A stretch of 64,000 nt of DNA, taken from assembly GCF_004010195.1 (NCBI RefSeq), contig NC_057749.1, positions 23,105,246 through 23,169,245 on the forward strand. Reading direction: 5' to 3'. The translations under genes and the position numbers were made by a program. Below are positions 61,340 to 64,000 of the stretch, one piece after another (position 1 is the first letter of the stretch; each line of letters starts with the position of its first letter). The notes beneath the pieces are model-generated. The model did no database searches. It was not told where the DNA came from and was given only the letters and a program-made list of their open reading frames with translations. Origin of the DNA: Chiloscyllium plagiosum (Eukaryota).

Positions 61340-64000
61340 ATAAAAGCCTGAAGGGGCAGGGCTCATATGAAGCTCAGTCAGGGCAGCAATGGGAGCAGAG
61401 CAGAGCAATCCTCCACTGAATCCAGAGGCAGAGCTCCTGAGGTGACATCCGGACTCAAAAAGTGAGGCAATGCAAGAGGATTGGCTGTTTAGGCTCCAGC
61501 TTTAGGGATGAAGTGAGGTAGTTCTGGGAGGGAGAGAGATTAAGGTCCTTACTTTTTGTTGTTCTAGCTAGTTTAGGGAGAGAGAGAAAGAGCAGGACAT
61601 GCGATTTGGTGAGGAATGGGTAAAATTGAGTAATTGCTTCCGAGTTTATTGTTTGTACTTGTTAAGGTTCACAATGGCAGAGAACCTGGTTCCATGGAAT
61701 GCTCCTGCAATCTGTGGACAATGAGAGATACTTCCAGTCTCCATGGTGACAATGTATGCAGGGGCGGAGCTGCAGATGGACTCACTATGAAGCATCCCTG
61801 AGGCTGGGAACACTATGGATTGCATGGTTAGTGAGCTGGTCGTTCCACCAGTACGACTACAGAAAAACGTTGGGTGACCATCAGCAAAACTGGGCGAGCA
61901 GTGGAGGATGCCCCTATGGGCATTCCCCTCTCAAACCGATAGACCATGTTGGATAGTGTTCGTGGCCCTTCAGCAGCCACAGCCATTGTGATCCACAGCA
62001 GGGGCAGATAAAAACTGGGAGCGCTTTGTCAATAGGGGACTTGTTTGTAAGGAGAACTGACAGGCAATTCTGTAGCAGCAAACGAGACTCTGAATTAGTA
62101 TGTTGCTCCCCTGCTGCCAATGTTAGCGACGTCTCAGAGAACTGGAGGACGTTCTGAAGGGGGAAGGTGAACAGCCAGCAGTCGGGTATGAACGACATGA
62201 GGCAAAAAGGAAAATGAAAAGATTTACAAGGATGTTGCCAGGGTTGGAGGATTTGAGCTACAGGGAGAGGCAGAACAGGCTGGGGCTGTTTTCCCTGGAG
62301 TGTCAGAGGCTGAGGGGTGACCTTATAGAGGTTTACAAAATTATGAGGGGCATGGGAGTCCAGAACTAGAGGGCATAGGTTTAGGGTGAAAGGGGAAAGA
62401 TATAAAAGAGACCTAAGGGGCAACTTTTTCACACAGAGGCTGGTATGTGTATGGAATGAACTGCCAGAGGAAGTGGTGGAGGTTGGTACAATTGCAAAAT
62501 TTAAGAGGCATTTGGATGGGTATATGAATAGGAAGGATTTGGAGGGATATGGGCCGGGTGCTGGCAGGTGGGACTAGGTTGGGTTTGGATATCTGGTCAG
62601 CATGGACGGGTTGGATCAAAGGGTCTGTTTCCATGCTGTACATTTCTATGACACTAAGTCCTGCAACAGGAGTTTAGAGAGTTAGATTAATGAGAAAGAT
62701 TACTAAGGTTGTAATCTCCAGATTACTTCCAATGCCACATTCTCCTGAGTATTGGAATAAGAAGACAGAAAGCATGGTTAAAGGGATGGTATTGAAGAGA
62801 GGGGCTTACATTTTTTGATCACTGGGACAGTGCCTAGGGTAGGTGGGACTTTCATAAGCTGGATGGATTTCACCTGAACCAGAATGGCTTCAATACCTTG
62901 CTGAAAGGTTTGCTGATACAGTCAGGGAGGTTTTAAACTGACCCAGCAGGGGAATGGGGCACAGAGTAGATGTAAAGTCGGGAGCGAGGTCCAATCACTT
63001 ACAGAAGGAATACCATGACAGTCCAGTAGGCAAGGAGCACACGAGCAGGATAAAACACATGGGAGGACCAGAGAGCTAAACTGTATCAATTTTAATGTAA
63101 GGAGCCTGCCTGGTTAGGCCGGAGAACTTATAGCACTGATCAGCACATGGGAATATGATACTGTTACAGCCACTGAAGGAAGGAAGCAAAGGACTGGCAG
63201 CTCAACATTCCAGGGTATAGAACGTTCAGGCAGGATGGAGGGGCCATATACGAGAGGTGGGGGATTGCATTATTGATAACAGAAACCATCGCTCCAGTAA
63301 ATAAGGAGGATAACCTTGAAGGTTCTTCAAATGAGGCCATCTGGGTAGAGCTGAGAAATAAAGGAAAGGCAATTACTTTGCTGAGATTATACTGCAGGCC
63401 TCCCAACAGTCAGAGGGAGATAGAGGAGCAGATTTGGAGGCAAACGATAACATAATGTGAGCAAAGTAGGGTTGTGGCCGAAGGGCATTTCAACTTTGCT
63501 GACGTTAAGTAGGACCACCTTAGTGTGAAAACATTAGACAGGGTGGAATATTTAAAGTGCATCCAGTGGAGGTTTTTGTGCCAGTACGTAAATCTTCCTA
63601 AAAGAGATGGTTAAAAATCACACAACACCAGGTGATAGTCCAACGGGTTTATTTGAAGTCAAGCTTTCAGAGTGCTGCTCCTTTGTTGAGTAGCTAGTGG
63701 TCCAGAATCATAGTAACAGTAAACAGTTTATAGTAAGTTCTATGTCTTATGACCCTGTGCCACTAGTTACCTGCTGAAGGAGCAGTGCCATGAAAGCTTG
63801 TACTTCCAAATAAACCAATTGGACTATAACCTGGTGGTGCGTGATGTTTAACTTTGTCCACCCCAGTCCAACACCGGCACATCCACCTCATGGCTATTCG
63901 AGATGGGGCAGCACTAGACCTTATCTTAGGGAATGAATCCGGTCAAGTGGTCGAAGTGTCAAATGGCTAGCATTTCAGGAATAGTGATCATAACTCTGTA
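61340..64000 (+). mobile_element. 5' half of a degenerate CR1: 5' UTR, ORF1 (SGNH esterase-like), ORF2 APE endonuclease; nested CR1 3' end (~62218-62655) and Penelope insert (~63611-63895)
   Basis: IGDLFVRRTDRQFC...VCC.P.A.V.DV and DGFHLN esterase motifs; WQLNIPGY, EAIWVELRNK...YCRPPNS, LDLILGNE and SDHN APE motifs. Confidence 0.85.

Overview
Repeat-dominated vertebrate genomic DNA, very likely from an elasmobranch. The HE1-type tRNA SINEs and CR1/HER1-type LINEs point to a shark; a carpet or bamboo shark is a guess. The only host coding feature I can recognise is a GC/CpG-rich first coding exon on the minus strand (379-226). Its peptide resembles the N-terminus of RORA isoform 1, so the remaining ~63 kb is probably the 5' flank of RORA. 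That flank is a mosaic of nested mobile-element fossils: about 20 HE1-like SINEs, many CR1 fragments (including a 5' half with ORF1 esterase and APE domain), L2-like and Rex1-like LINE pieces, Penelope-like elements of Neptune and Poseidon type, a Gmr1-like Gypsy remnant, solo LTRs and a Harbinger Myb fragment. There are two N gaps. The most notable signals are: (1) many minimal hammerhead-ribozyme motifs in short palindromic Penelope-derived inserts with 10-15 bp target duplications; (2) a 1.8 kb composite insert with young inverted ribozyme arms around older captured DNA; (3) a 21-nt candidate microexon whose donor sits in the loop of a perfect hairpin, plus a speculative chain of frame-compatible upstream exons; (4) several local rearrangements. 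All family assignments come from motif recognition by eye, and repeat boundaries are approximate.
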